Position numbers and translations under genes: made by a program | Shown here: positions 19,532 through 28,825 of the stretch, piece after piece | Position numbering within the stretch: the stretch's first letter is position 1 | Layout of the letters: each line of letters begins with the position of its first letter | NCBI GenBank assembly: GCA_963835575.1 | Contig: CAWIGG010000002.1 | Span: 1,600,001-1,664,000 of the forward strand | Source of the DNA: an uncultured Spirochaetota bacterium | GTDB taxonomy: Bacteria > Spirochaetota > Brevinematia > Brevinematales > JAOACQ01 | Direction of reading: 5' to 3' | Length of the DNA: 64,000 bases | Notes under the pieces: generated by a model | Seen by the model: only the letters and a program-made list of their open reading frames with translations | Database searches by the model: none | Told to the model about the DNA's origin: nothing

Positions 19532-19984
19532 TTAATCATAATGTATTCTAATCTCTTTGTCAGACATAACAGGGGCCAGTATTTCCTTCCATTCCGGAGC
19601 TTCCCAGCTTCTAAGTTTTTCATGTGTTTCCAGGTATTTTGCCGGGATGGGATGCGTTCCCATTACAATCTTGAGATTAAATCGTTTCTGTATAAAGGAG
19701 CGGAAATAATCCAGATACGGACAGGGAGGATAACCCACAAGCAGTCCGGTGGCCAGGTGAATGACTTCCGCGCCGTTTTTCTTCATTTCTTCCGGGGCGT
19801 ATTCGATATTCCCGCCCGGGCATCCGCCGCAATCGGCAAAACCAACCAGTTCCAGCTCTTCATCATCGCCGTAAACGCTGAAAGCCCCATGTCTTTCACG
19901 AAGCGCTCTCAGGCATTTACCGCCGGCGCATGACCTGTAGCGGCCGCAAGTAATGATGCCTAATTTAATAATTTTCTTCATCAT
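19532..19984 (-). CDS. CGGC-domain protein
   Basis: CAGGKC, CGGCPG, PPCP and GTH motifs. Confidence 0.88.
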   Translation of the reverse strand: MMKKIIKLGIITCGRYRSCAGGKCLRALRERHGAFSVYGDDEELELVGFADCGGCPGGNIEYAPEEMKKNGAEVIHLATGLLVGYPPCPYLDYFRSFIQKRFNLKIVMGTHPIPAKYLETHEKLRSWEAPEWKEILAPVMSDKEIRIHYD

Positions 19985-20025
19985 TTACTCCTATGTATAA
20001 TTTCAAGTATTTTGACTAAATATTT

Positions 20026-21033
20026 TCAAGCCTTATTATTTTTCAAATAATAAAACACTTTTACTACTAACTTCCTGGCAATCGCAACGATTGCTTTTTG
20101 CTTGCAGGTTCTGCTTCTTAAGTCATCGTAGTATTTCCGCATATAAGGGTCGAATCTTACCGCTGCCCACGCGGCCTGTACTATCACTCTTAATATAGCT
20201 TTATCTGTATTCCTTGTAATGTGCCCGCCACGGTTTTTCTCATCACTTTCATTGACTTTGGGCGCCAATCCGAGATATGACACCAGTTTTTTATGGCTGT
20301 CAAAACGCTCAATATTTTCTATCTTCGATACCAGATATGCGCCGCACGTTTTACCTATCCCGTCAATCTCTTTCGTAATGGTCTGGTATGCCTTATCAGT
20401 TGCGCAAAGCCCGAAAATCTGATCGTCCAGTTCTTTTATCATCTCATTATATTCTATAACCAATTGGTATTGTCTCTTAATCCCTTCTTTGAGCGCTGGA
20501 GAAAGAACAAGACCTTCCAACCAGGCTTCATCTCTTTTCTGTCCCATAAACAGCTTTTTTTCAGGAGCAAGTCCCCAATAATCCAGCATCGCTATAATCA
20601 GGTTCTTAGTCTCTACTTTCTGCCGAACCAGCTTTTCTCTTATCTTCAATAGCCCTTTTACTTCCGCCCATTTCTCGCTTTTGACCAGACAGTAAGACAA
20701 TTCTTCTTTTTCAAACCGTCGCAATATGATTGCGATTTTTTCCGCGTCTACACGGTCTGTCTTCTTGGTCTTATCCATCAAACTTTTAAGTTCAATGGTG
20801 TTTAGGATTAACACATCTTTTGCCAACCGTTCTGCTTTTTTGGCCAAGTCCCATGTCTAGGTCGTTGATTCCACGCCCATCACTGTGTCTTTGTCAATTT
20901 CATTCAAGAAATCCGAAACTCCTGCCGAATTTCTTTCATAGCGTTTGACTTCCTTTTGACCTGTCTCTAAAATAATGCAGACAGTCATTTGTTTTTTGTG
21001 GATGTCAACGCCGACCCACTTTTTTGCTTCCAT
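20026..21033 (-). pseudogene. IS110-family recombinase with an in-frame amber stop
   Basis: ATG 21033 gives MEAKKWVGVDIHK...GVESTT*TWDLAKK (TAG at 20857-20859, codon 59). The same frame continues with KTDRVDA, GIG and YLGLAP...ES. Confidence 0.9.
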
Positions 21034-21055
21034 AACTTACCTCTCGATTTTATTT

Positions 21056-21240
21056 GAGAGGCTTGAAAATACTCGGTTTTATCAGGTTTGAGTTACCGCA
21101 CTCCTATCCGGGGATTTATCCCCATTATGGCGGTTCGGGCAAGGACTCGATCATACTCCTAACGGGGTGTTACCCCATAAAAATGATTCGGTCTTTGTCC
21201 TATTCAAGCTCTCGCGCTCATTTTCGGCGCGGGAGCTTTA
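21056..21240 (-). ncRNA. Candidate bridge RNA of the IS110 at 20026-21033
   Basis: Non-coding leader with an outer stem GAGAGCTTGAA/TTCAAGCCTCTC enclosing two similar loop modules (N6-GGGG..CCCC-G(T/GA)TAG-GAGT). Confidence 0.65.
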
Positions 21241-21256
21241 TTTTCTTCAAGCCTGA

Positions 21257-21892
21257 TTAATCATACCATCTCCTTGAATCAAAATCAGAAAATTTCAACT
21301 CCGGATCATCGGGTAAATGAAAACCTGCAGGCGGTATGCCAAGCCCCTCCGCGAATCTGCCCCAATAATTCACCTTCCCCACCAGCACAGCCAAAATCAC
21401 TATTTCTTCCGGCAAAAAAAGCCGTTTCACGTCCGCAATCACATTTTTATCAACCTGAATAGGCGTTTTTGAAAGCATGGCCGCATAACGAATGGCTGCC
21501 CGTTCGCGTTCAGTAAAAGATGCCGCCGTTTCCAGATCCCGCTCGCCGCGCAAAACAGCCATTTCATCGGGTGTTATATTATATTTATCTCTCCGGTGCG
21601 CATTGATGTCAATTAAAAAGGAACTGGAAACTTCAAAAGAGATACGAAGCCGAATCAGCGCGGTTATACGTTTACCAAGCTTCTTGCCGCCATTCTCCGC
21701 CGATGTCTCCAAAAGTCCGGACGCTATACCAGCCATCGGGCGCCATGCCAATAGCCGGGCCGGCAACATAGTTCTGCCGGTGCTCTGTTCACTCAAACAA
21801 ATGAATGGCTGTAAATAAAAAGGAATACACTGCGGCGGATCAATATAAGGTTTTGAAACTGCCGCACCTGCCCTGGCCGCTTCAGGATGCAT
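21257..21892 (-). CDS. Carboxymuconolactone decarboxylase/AhpD-like protein
   Basis: FTERERAAIRYA...F..EEIV.L pattern. The AhpD CxxC position reads SSFL. AGGAGG precedes ATG 21892. Confidence 0.75.
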   Translation of the reverse strand: MHPEAARAGAAVSKPYIDPPQCIPFYLQPFICLSEQSTGRTMLPARLLAWRPMAGIASGLLETSAENGGKKLGKRITALIRLRISFEVSSSFLIDINAHRRDKYNITPDEMAVLRGERDLETAASFTERERAAIRYAAMLSKTPIQVDKNVIADVKRLFLPEEIVILAVLVGKVNYWGRFAEGLGIPPAGFHLPDDPELKFSDFDSRRWYD

Positions 21893-22135
21893 AATTTCCT
21901 CCTTTTGATTGTGAGAACACCTGGGGAAAAGCGACATAAAGAGCTAACAGAACCGGCAGGTTCTCACTTTCAATCCTCCCAGACTAGCCAACGCCATATG
22001 CCCATATCGTTATTGCAGAAGAATACAGGTATTATAAACTAATTTTATCCTGTTTGTCTCACAAAAGCGCGAGCGGATTTTAGTGATATTTATCATAATC
22101 AGCCTCTATTATGTTATTGATATCTTTATGTTTGT

Positions 22136-23089
22136 TTATTTATCATCCGGTTCCGGCGTCGTTAATGTATCGTAATATTTCACAAAATTGTCCTTTTCGG
22201 CGGAATCCCTGAAGGCGATAGCGGTACGGGGGTGTTCATTGAGCATGCCCGATATCATATAGGGAATGATATATCCCCACTCCACCTGCCTGCTGAGGGG
22301 CAGGTAATGGTCCTGGATCAGCCTCAATACGGGCCTTAAATCGAATTTCGGGTTTTTTAAAAAATGAAGGAGCAGTTCCAGGGGGCAGTTGCCGGGGCCT
22401 CTCCCGATCCCGTAAACGGAAGCGTCCAGAATATTCGAATTGTCTATGATGGCCTGAATGGTGTTCGCAAATGCGAGCTGGCGGTTATTGTGAGTGTGGA
22501 TGCCGATTGTTTTACCGGGCAGAGCCTCCCTGTATTTTTTTATCAGATATGTCACATCTTCGCTGTACATATTGCCGTATGAATCCACCACATAGACATA
22601 AGGGATTCCGGTTTTGCTTAAATCAAGAAGGGCTTCGTCGATATCTTTTTCAAGGTTTGTGGATACAGCCATAAGATTAATCGTTGTTTCATAACCTTTA
22701 CCCATGCAATGTTCCGCGAGAGCGATTCCTTTATCAATATCTTTAATATAACAGGCCACCCTGATCATATCAAATACGGATTTGTCTACCGGCAGGATAT
22801 CCTCTTCTAACACTCTCCCGATGTCCACCATATAAGCCAGTTTCATATTGGACTCTATCCCTTTGATGACTTTTTTTACATCTTCTTCATCACAAAAACG
22901 CCATTTCCCGAATTCATTCGGATCAAACTGTTTTTTTGACGCTTTATAACCCATTTCCATGTAATCAACCCCGGCTTCCGATAACGCCTTATAAGTGGCC
23001 CTGACAAACTCGTCGCTGAACTGCCATTTGTTGATGAGCCCGCCGTCCCTGATCGAACAGTCGAGCACTTTAATTTCCGGTCTGAACAT
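22136..23089 (-). CDS. DRE-TIM (HMGL-like) metallolyase, 4-hydroxy-2-oxovalerate aldolase-like
   Basis: DCSIRDGG, VDSYG, HTHNN and G.GRG.GN motifs. Confidence 0.85.
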   Translation of the reverse strand: MFRPEIKVLDCSIRDGGLINKWQFSDEFVRATYKALSEAGVDYMEMGYKASKKQFDPNEFGKWRFCDEEDVKKVIKGIESNMKLAYMVDIGRVLEEDILPVDKSVFDMIRVACYIKDIDKGIALAEHCMGKGYETTINLMAVSTNLEKDIDEALLDLSKTGIPYVYVVDSYGNMYSEDVTYLIKKYREALPGKTIGIHTHNNRQLAFANTIQAIIDNSNILDASVYGIGRGPGNCPLELLLHFLKNPKFDLRPVLRLIQDHYLPLSRQVEWGYIIPYMISGMLNEHPRTAIAFRDSAEKDNFVKYYDTLTTPEPDDK

Positions 23090-23185
23090 AGTTATATCTC
23101 CTTCATAATTTGATAAAAATGAGTGTAATAAAAACACCGCGGGGGATCCGGTGCCCGGATTTTCCCCGTGATCCTTATGCCCGTC

Positions 23186-23554
23186 TTAATGACAATGGCT
23201 GTGCTGGCAGGCGTTTTCCGCCGATAATTCACCGAGTTCATTCTTTTTGTATTTCATAATTATCTCATCGACGGACAGCGCGTTTTCGGCATAATAAACT
23301 TTCATTCCAAGGGCGTTCAGTTTTTCAACGGCGCGGATTCCCATGCCGCTGCAGACAACAGCTTCGACTTGATTTTCTATTAATCCGTCCGCCGGCTGGC
23401 ATTGGCCATGTTCATGTTCCTTATTGCCGTTGTCAATAAAGCTTAAAACGCCGGTTTGAGCTTCAAAAACGGCATAATAGGGAGCGCTGCCGAAATGGCC
23501 GTAAACAATGGATTTCAATCCATTCATGTTTTCTGTGGGGATTGCGACTTTCAT
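23186..23554 (-). CDS. NifB/NifX-family FeMo-cofactor-binding-like protein
   Basis: KVAIP...HFGSAPYY...GMG.RA and a His/Cys-rich tail. Confidence 0.88.
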   Translation of the reverse strand: MKVAIPTENMNGLKSIVYGHFGSAPYYAVFEAQTGVLSFIDNGNKEHEHGQCQPADGLIENQVEAVVCSGMGIRAVEKLNALGMKVYYAENALSVDEIIMKYKKNELGELSAENACQHSHCH

Positions 23555-23579
23555 AATATATTCCTCCAATAGAATACTT

Positions 23580-24203
23580 TTATTTTTTATAACTTTTTAA
23601 TACGACAAATCCGCCCGTGTCATGCCCTCTTTTAAAGGGCTGTATTTTGTTTTTAAATTCAAACAGCGTTTGCTTTGACTCCAGTCCTGTAAAACCGGCG
23701 GATTTTAACAGTCCCATGACCTCCCGGACCCGGTAAAATTTCGCCTGTTTATAAAACCGGCTTTTATCTTTATTCTCAAAATAAAACCGGCCTATCTTAC
23801 TTTCCAGCGGTACAAAACCAATCAGGATAAAACCGCCGGGTTTGATTACCCTGAAAGCTTCCTTTAAAGCACGCGCCGGGTCGTCCAGAAAGCAGATGGT
23901 CGTAATCAGCGCCGCGAAATCAAAGGCATTATCCGGCAGGGGTAAGTTCTCGGCGTAAGCCCGGATGACCTTCAGCCCTTTTTTTAGAGAGAGTTTCGCC
24001 ATTTCCTTTGAAGGTTCTATGCCCATTTTAATTCCAAGGGGCAGGGCGAACCTGCCGCTGCCGCTACCGATTTCAATCCCGTTTAAGCCATCGGGAATAA
24101 AACTTTTAATCAGCCCCAGTTCGGAAAGGAAAACGGCTTCATTCCTTTCAAACCATTTCTCATAATCGTCTGGGTATTGATTAAAAACTTCAACTCCCGG
24201 CAT
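23580..24203 (-). CDS. Class I SAM-dependent methyltransferase
   Basis: EIGSGSGRF, AENLP and EAFRVIKPGG motifs. Confidence 0.9.
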   Translation of the reverse strand: MPGVEVFNQYPDDYEKWFERNEAVFLSELGLIKSFIPDGLNGIEIGSGSGRFALPLGIKMGIEPSKEMAKLSLKKGLKVIRAYAENLPLPDNAFDFAALITTICFLDDPARALKEAFRVIKPGGFILIGFVPLESKIGRFYFENKDKSRFYKQAKFYRVREVMGLLKSAGFTGLESKQTLFEFKNKIQPFKRGHDTGGFVVLKSYKK

Positions 24204-24507
24204 TCGGGTCTCCCCACAAAGGATCGGCTCCGAATTTTTTCGTCCAGAACTCCTCCGGCGGAATATGCTTTTCTATTTCGTCCCTTGAAAACGATATGGG
24301 GAATTGATTGCAGTAATTTATCAATAATTTACCCGCGTATAATATGTCCCTTGTTTTTTCTTCGCATAGTCTTTTATCTTCCCCACACCTGTCCGGATGC
24401 CATTTTTTCAGCAAGTCTTTATATTTCTGGGTTACGGTGCTGATACTAGCCTGTTCCGGAATGTCCAGAATCTGCCTGGCCTTTGTTATTTCTTCATATA
24501 ATCCCAT
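24190..24507 (-). CDS. Small J-domain protein
   Basis: KKWHPD motif. Confidence 0.85.
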   Translation of the reverse strand: MGLYEEITKARQILDIPEQASISTVTQKYKDLLKKWHPDRCGEDKRLCEEKTRDILYAGKLLINYCNQFPISFSRDEIEKHIPPEEFWTKKFGADPLWGDPNAGS

Positions 24508-24515
24508 ACAGGTTC

Positions 24516-24866
24516 CTATTTAGACGGTTTTTCCGGCAGGCGGCAGCAGCCGTCATCCTTTAAATCCGTTCCTTTTGCAAGAACTCCGGAATATTCTTTA
24601 TGACGCCGGTAAAATGTGACGGCGTAAGAACAGGACGGATTGACCTTCAGCCCTTTTTCCCGCACGAAATCGGAAAATCCGGTCAATAAGGCTTCGGCGA
24701 TCCCCTGCCCGCGAAGGTCCGGGTGGACATAGGTCTGGAACAAATCAACGGTCGAAGAATCGATAAATTCATAAACCGCTTCGCAGTGATACCCGTCATG
24801 GTCGCAATAAAAGCTTTTTGTCGTTTCATCATGGATAATGGCGAACTTTTTTGTTTTTCCAATCAT
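24516..24866 (-). CDS. GNAT acetyltransferase (YjdJ-like)
   Basis: TYVHPDLRGQGIA...P.CSY. GGAGG precedes ATG 24866. Confidence 0.85.
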   Translation of the reverse strand: MIGKTKKFAIIHDETTKSFYCDHDGYHCEAVYEFIDSSTVDLFQTYVHPDLRGQGIAEALLTGFSDFVREKGLKVNPSCSYAVTFYRRHKEYSGVLAKGTDLKDDGCCRLPEKPSK

Positions 24867-24916
24867 AAGAATTATGCCTCCCTGGAAATTATTTTGTATG
24901 TATATCTGCGACCCTG

Positions 24917-25384
24917 TTATTCTGATTTTTCCATTTGCCGGTGGCCGCATCTTCCGCCCTGGCGTGAGCATCCCCTATCATCCGGGTGCCGGTGAATATT
25001 GGCGCTCCGGCATTGCGGGCATATTGCAGGATGTCCCGTGCCGAAAGGTAAAGACCATACATGTTTGCAATCATAACAGAGAAATTTTCTTTCCGACATA
25101 TTGACATGACCTCCTTCGATTTTTACGGCTTTGCCGTTAATGAGAGCGTCCGCGACTTTTTTCCTTGCCGATTCGATAATATTGCCGAAAGTCTGCCGGG
25201 AAACATTCATTTTTTGGGCGGCTTCTTCCTGATACAGGCCCTCCAGGTCGGCCAGGCGCAGGGCTTCCAGTTCATCCAAATTTAATGCAACTATATCAAG
25301 ATTGGATACCGGAATTCCGGCAGGTTTGAAGAACAGGGTATCGGGACTGAAATCGACTTTTCTGCATTTCATCGGTCTCGGCAT
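24917..25384 (-). CDS. DUF134 HTH protein with a C-terminal Cys cluster
   Basis: MPRP.KCR...FKPAG...DELEALRLADLEGLYQEEAA.KM.VSRQTF. Confidence 0.92.
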   Translation of the reverse strand: MPRPMKCRKVDFSPDTLFFKPAGIPVSNLDIVALNLDELEALRLADLEGLYQEEAAQKMNVSRQTFGNIIESARKKVADALINGKAVKIEGGHVNMSERKFLCYDCKHVWSLPFGTGHPAICPQCRSANIHRHPDDRGCSRQGGRCGHRQMEKSE

Positions 25385-25420
25385 ACTGCCTCCCTATTTA
25401 ATTTATGTTAATATAATATT

Positions 25421-25720
25421 TCAGATTAAAAAGTCGATCATATCCCTTTCACGAAGCATCCTTCTTTTCCAGGCTGATATTCCCGGAACGCTGTAAGGAA
25501 GCAGGCGGAGGGAATAATAGGACGGAATGACAGGTATTCCAATCATATTCCCGGCATTTATCAGCATAAACAGGTGATCCGAGTCTATTCGGGCTTTTAA
25601 AGCAAAACCGGCCATGCCGTACCCTGACAATCCGTAAAAGAAACCCTTTAAAAAATTTAACGCTTTATAAACTCTTTTCAGACTCAGCACTTTATACCTC
25701 CTGTGAAAGATCATGATCAT
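25421..25720 (-). CDS. Conserved-looking small hypothetical protein
   Basis: FFYG...LFMLI..G.MIGIPVIP.YYSLRLLPY...WKRRMLRERD. Co-oriented within the operon. Confidence 0.65.
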   Translation of the reverse strand: MIMIFHRRYKVLSLKRVYKALNFLKGFFYGLSGYGMAGFALKARIDSDHLFMLINAGNMIGIPVIPSYYSLRLLPYSVPGISAWKRRMLRERDMIDFLI

Positions 25721-25751
25721 TTATTTCACAGCTCTTTATCCTGTTCTTCAT

Positions 25752-27554
25752 TCAATACACCCGGTCATTCCAGGTCTTTTTATTCACCTCAAAAATCAGC
25801 GTCTTTTCAGCGATCTGCCTGATGTTCCTGCCCTCGCAGCCGCGGGGGACCATCCAGCAGACAGCCCTTTCGCCTTTAAAATATTTCATCGCGCAAGCCA
25901 GGGCTTTTTTAATCGAATAAGGCTTTGTTGAAACAATATTGATCATAATCATAAGCCAGTTGACGGAATAGTGGCTGATATTGGAGCCCTGTTTTAAAAG
26001 CTGGGTGACGGACGGGCCGGACGTCTTCTTTTTCGCGTGGCCGAAATCAGGCGCTTCCGCTTTTCCGACAGGGTTGAGCTTGGTTGCCCTGCAGAAATCG
26101 ACAGTCGCCCACCGTGCAATTGCTTTTGATGAAGCGATTTTTGAATAATTACAGCCGTAGATATCGATGATCAATTCAAAAGCTGACGAAAAACCCTCTT
26201 CCATCGGAAGCTTAAAATCCTTTAAAAAGATTTTTGAGCATTCTGTCATTTTAGGGAGCAATACCTCGCTAGAAGGCAGAAGCTTTCTGTTGTCCTTAGC
26301 CAGCCTTGCTTGATAGATCAGGCTTTTCCTGCGGATCTCCCTGATGTCGGAAAATGACCCGCGGGGGACATGCCAGCAAACGCTGTTCACGGCCCCGTAA
26401 TAAGACAGTGTATAGGAAACGGCGTCTTCCACCGGAAGAGAGGCGCATGTAAAACAATTGGCGCATCCTGTCGCGCCGTACTGCCTGTAATTGATTGCGC
26501 TGGTTTCTATATACTGGACAAGCGTATCGCCCTCGCCGAAGTCCCGGTTTGAGACCATCGGTTCGCCATAAGCGATCATATTGATGGCCTCGCAGGTTTC
26601 CCTACTCCATCTGGCTATTTTTGAAACCGAAGGGATTTTTTTGCTATTCAGTGCGATGTCCATAACGACTTCCTCGCCGTATTTGTCCTGTTCGAGCCGG
26701 CCCTGGAATTCCGGGTAAACAACTGTGGAAATATCCGGCGAATACCACCTGCTTTTGATCCCTGAGATTTTATACGCCTTCCTGGCGTTTTGAGCGGCTT
26801 TCGTGAAGACCTTGCGGCCTTTTGATCCGGCCGTCAGGCTGAAAGGCCCGCCGATGTAGCTGACGTTTGACAACTGGATGACCCTGACGTCGTCAAATGT
26901 GCGTTCAATCTGCCGCCAGCTTCCGGGGCATTCCGAAGGCTGAAGGATGAGAGAACCGGTTTGATGAATAGCTATTCCTCCGTCCACCAGGGCATCGTAA
27001 ACGCACTGGTAAAAATCGGTGCTGAAGAGGCTTTTTGCCGGTCCTATCGGGTCCGCCGAGTCGATGATCACCAGGTCGCATTTGCCCTTCATGGAGCGGA
27101 TGTCTTCCGCACCGTCGCCGATGATCAGGCGCAGGCGTTTATCATCCCAGATGCCTTCCGAAACAGACGGCATGAATTCCCTGCATTTATCGATCACCAT
27201 CCTGTCGATCTCGACCATGGTGACGGTTTTTACAGATTTATGTTTGAGGACTTCCCTGGCCGCGCCACCGTCGCCGCCGCCGATGATCAGAACATTTCTG
27301 GCCGGCTTTAAGAGCAAAAACATGGGCCAGTGTACGATCCATTCGTGGTAAATGCCTTCGTCTTCCTCCGTCAGCTGAACAATATTGTCGAGTATCAAAA
27401 CGCGGCCCAGCCGTTCAGTTTCCAGGATCATTATTTTCTGATGGCCGGTGTCCGTTTCCGGGACAAGGACTTTGGAAACTTTAAAGCCGTAATTAATATC
27501 CGTATAAAGGTCTTCATAAAACCAAAATTCGTTTCTCTTTTTTATCAATCCCAA
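25752..27554 (-). CDS. speE: Spermidine synthase (aminopropyltransferase) fused to two tandem S-adenosylmethionine decarboxylase (SpeD)-like domains
   Basis: N-terminal half has LIIGGGDGG, VEID and IIDSADP. C-terminal half has two repeats ending in CW.VPRG with SpeD-like motifs (LVQYIETS...FTC; GPSVTQLL...ISH). Confidence 0.88.
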   Translation of the reverse strand: MGLIKKRNEFWFYEDLYTDINYGFKVSKVLVPETDTGHQKIMILETERLGRVLILDNIVQLTEEDEGIYHEWIVHWPMFLLLKPARNVLIIGGGDGGAAREVLKHKSVKTVTMVEIDRMVIDKCREFMPSVSEGIWDDKRLRLIIGDGAEDIRSMKGKCDLVIIDSADPIGPAKSLFSTDFYQCVYDALVDGGIAIHQTGSLILQPSECPGSWRQIERTFDDVRVIQLSNVSYIGGPFSLTAGSKGRKVFTKAAQNARKAYKISGIKSRWYSPDISTVVYPEFQGRLEQDKYGEEVVMDIALNSKKIPSVSKIARWSRETCEAINMIAYGEPMVSNRDFGEGDTLVQYIETSAINYRQYGATGCANCFTCASLPVEDAVSYTLSYYGAVNSVCWHVPRGSFSDIREIRRKSLIYQARLAKDNRKLLPSSEVLLPKMTECSKIFLKDFKLPMEEGFSSAFELIIDIYGCNYSKIASSKAIARWATVDFCRATKLNPVGKAEAPDFGHAKKKTSGPSVTQLLKQGSNISHYSVNWLMIMINIVSTKPYSIKKALACAMKYFKGERAVCWMVPRGCEGRNIRQIAEKTLIFEVNKKTWNDRVY

Positions 27555-27621
27555 TTTTTCCCTCCTTTTCTGAAACCGGCAGAAGATGTATTTGTAAGCA
27601 TTTCAATAATACTTCAAACAT

Positions 27622-28380
27622 TTATTTAATAGTCTGATCAAGAGCTTTTTCAATCTTTTCGGATAATTCCCCCAGCAATCCTCGCGTTATTTCGCTTGAT
27701 AAGTCAAGTCCCTGTGAAGGTATGGACGCTATTTCCTTTGTCATTGGAAGACGCATCAATATATTCTCCTGCAGAATGGACTCTTCCGGTTCCGGAAAGA
27801 ATGAAAAGCTCTTGCCGCATTCAGGGCAGACAATGGCGCTCATATTTTCAATAACACCCAGTATCGGGATACTCAGCATCTCCGCCATCTGGACGGATTT
27901 ATTCACGATCATGGAAACCATATCCTGAGGGGTGGTCACTACCAGAAGTCCGTTCAGCGGGATTTTCTGCATGACGGTCAGCGCCACATCAGCCGTACCG
28001 GGAGGCATATCCACTACAAGATAATCAAGTTCTCCCCATTCCACATCCGTCCAGAACTGTTCGATGGCTTTTGTCAGAAGCGGCCCCCGCCAGACAACCG
28101 GTTTGTTTTCATCTTCCAGCAGCAGATTCATCGAAACAACCGATATCCCCTGCTGTGTTTGAAAAGGCAGGAGTTTGCCGCCGTCGGTGAGAATTCTGCC
28201 CAGTTTTAATTGAAATAACCGTGGAATACTCGGGCCGGTTATGTCCGCGTCCAGTACGCCGACTTTATAACCTTTCAGGGCCAGCGCGTTTGCCGCCAGA
28301 AAAGTAACGGTGGATTTACCGACCCCGCCTTTCCCGCTCATGACCCCGAAAATGCTTTTTATCTGACTGGTATTTTCCAT
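27622..28380 (-). CDS. Mrp/NBP35 (ApbC) Fe-S carrier ATPase
   Basis: SGKGGVGKST, DADITGPS, WRGP, DMPPGT and ENMS...CPEC motifs. Confidence 0.93.
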   Translation of the reverse strand: MENTSQIKSIFGVMSGKGGVGKSTVTFLAANALALKGYKVGVLDADITGPSIPRLFQLKLGRILTDGGKLLPFQTQQGISVVSMNLLLEDENKPVVWRGPLLTKAIEQFWTDVEWGELDYLVVDMPPGTADVALTVMQKIPLNGLLVVTTPQDMVSMIVNKSVQMAEMLSIPILGVIENMSAIVCPECGKSFSFFPEPEESILQENILMRLPMTKEIASIPSQGLDLSSEITRGLLGELSEKIEKALDQTIK

Positions 28381-28393
28381 GAATTTATTTCTC

Positions 28394-28441
28394 CTATAAA
28401 TAGCATATGCTAATTATAGTTAAAAATTTGGTTATTGTCAA
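28394..28441 (-). promoter_or_regulatory. Consensus sigma70 promoter with an overlapping palindromic operator
   Basis: TTGACA (28441-28436), 17 bp, TATAAT (28418-28413). Palindrome CTATAAATAGCATATGCTAATTATAG (28394-28419) with one mismatched pair. Confidence 0.8.
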
Positions 28442-28565
28442 ATGCCAGAAATAAAATATTAAAGTAATTTTGATAAGGTTAGGAAAAATAATTAATGGCA
28501 GTTTTTGCCCGGCAAGGGACCCTGTCATCACCATTCCGTCCAACCGGTGCTGCGTTTAACTGTTG

Positions 28566-28822
28566 CGGTCATGCAAAGGTATGAACAGATTTACGCTGAG
28601 AGGAAAAGAAAAATGCAATATACAATGGGTGTTATATAATATAGTGCATAATATAAGTAAAATTCATGTATTAGGAGGATTATGATGCCGTAAAGCATCC
28701 GCAGCGGAATTGACGGCTGAATGAGGCTGATTCAATCAAAATTATGACGGTTTAACCGGAAATACTTCCCCGGTTGAACAACAGGGAAATCAGCATTTGA
28801 AAATGAATTTTTCTAAAAGCCC
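28566..28822 (+). pseudogene. Relic 3' end of an IS1182-family element
   Basis: 28566-28685 translates RSCKGMNRFTLRGKEKCNIQWVLYNIVHNISKI, matching the C-terminus of the 28914 transposase. An IR-like TTTTTCTAAAAGCCC ends at 28822. Confidence 0.85.
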
Positions 28823-28825
28823 GTT

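Noticed and set aside
20857..20859. Pyrrolysine or amber recoding in the IS110 gene
   Set aside because: A single TAG explained by one base change (e.g. from TGG). Host genes here use TAG as stop (e.g. 951, 56370), and no pyl genes are seen.
23186..23554. Nitrogen fixation locus
   Set aside because: Only a stand-alone NifB/NifX-like domain, with no nifH/D/K in the window.
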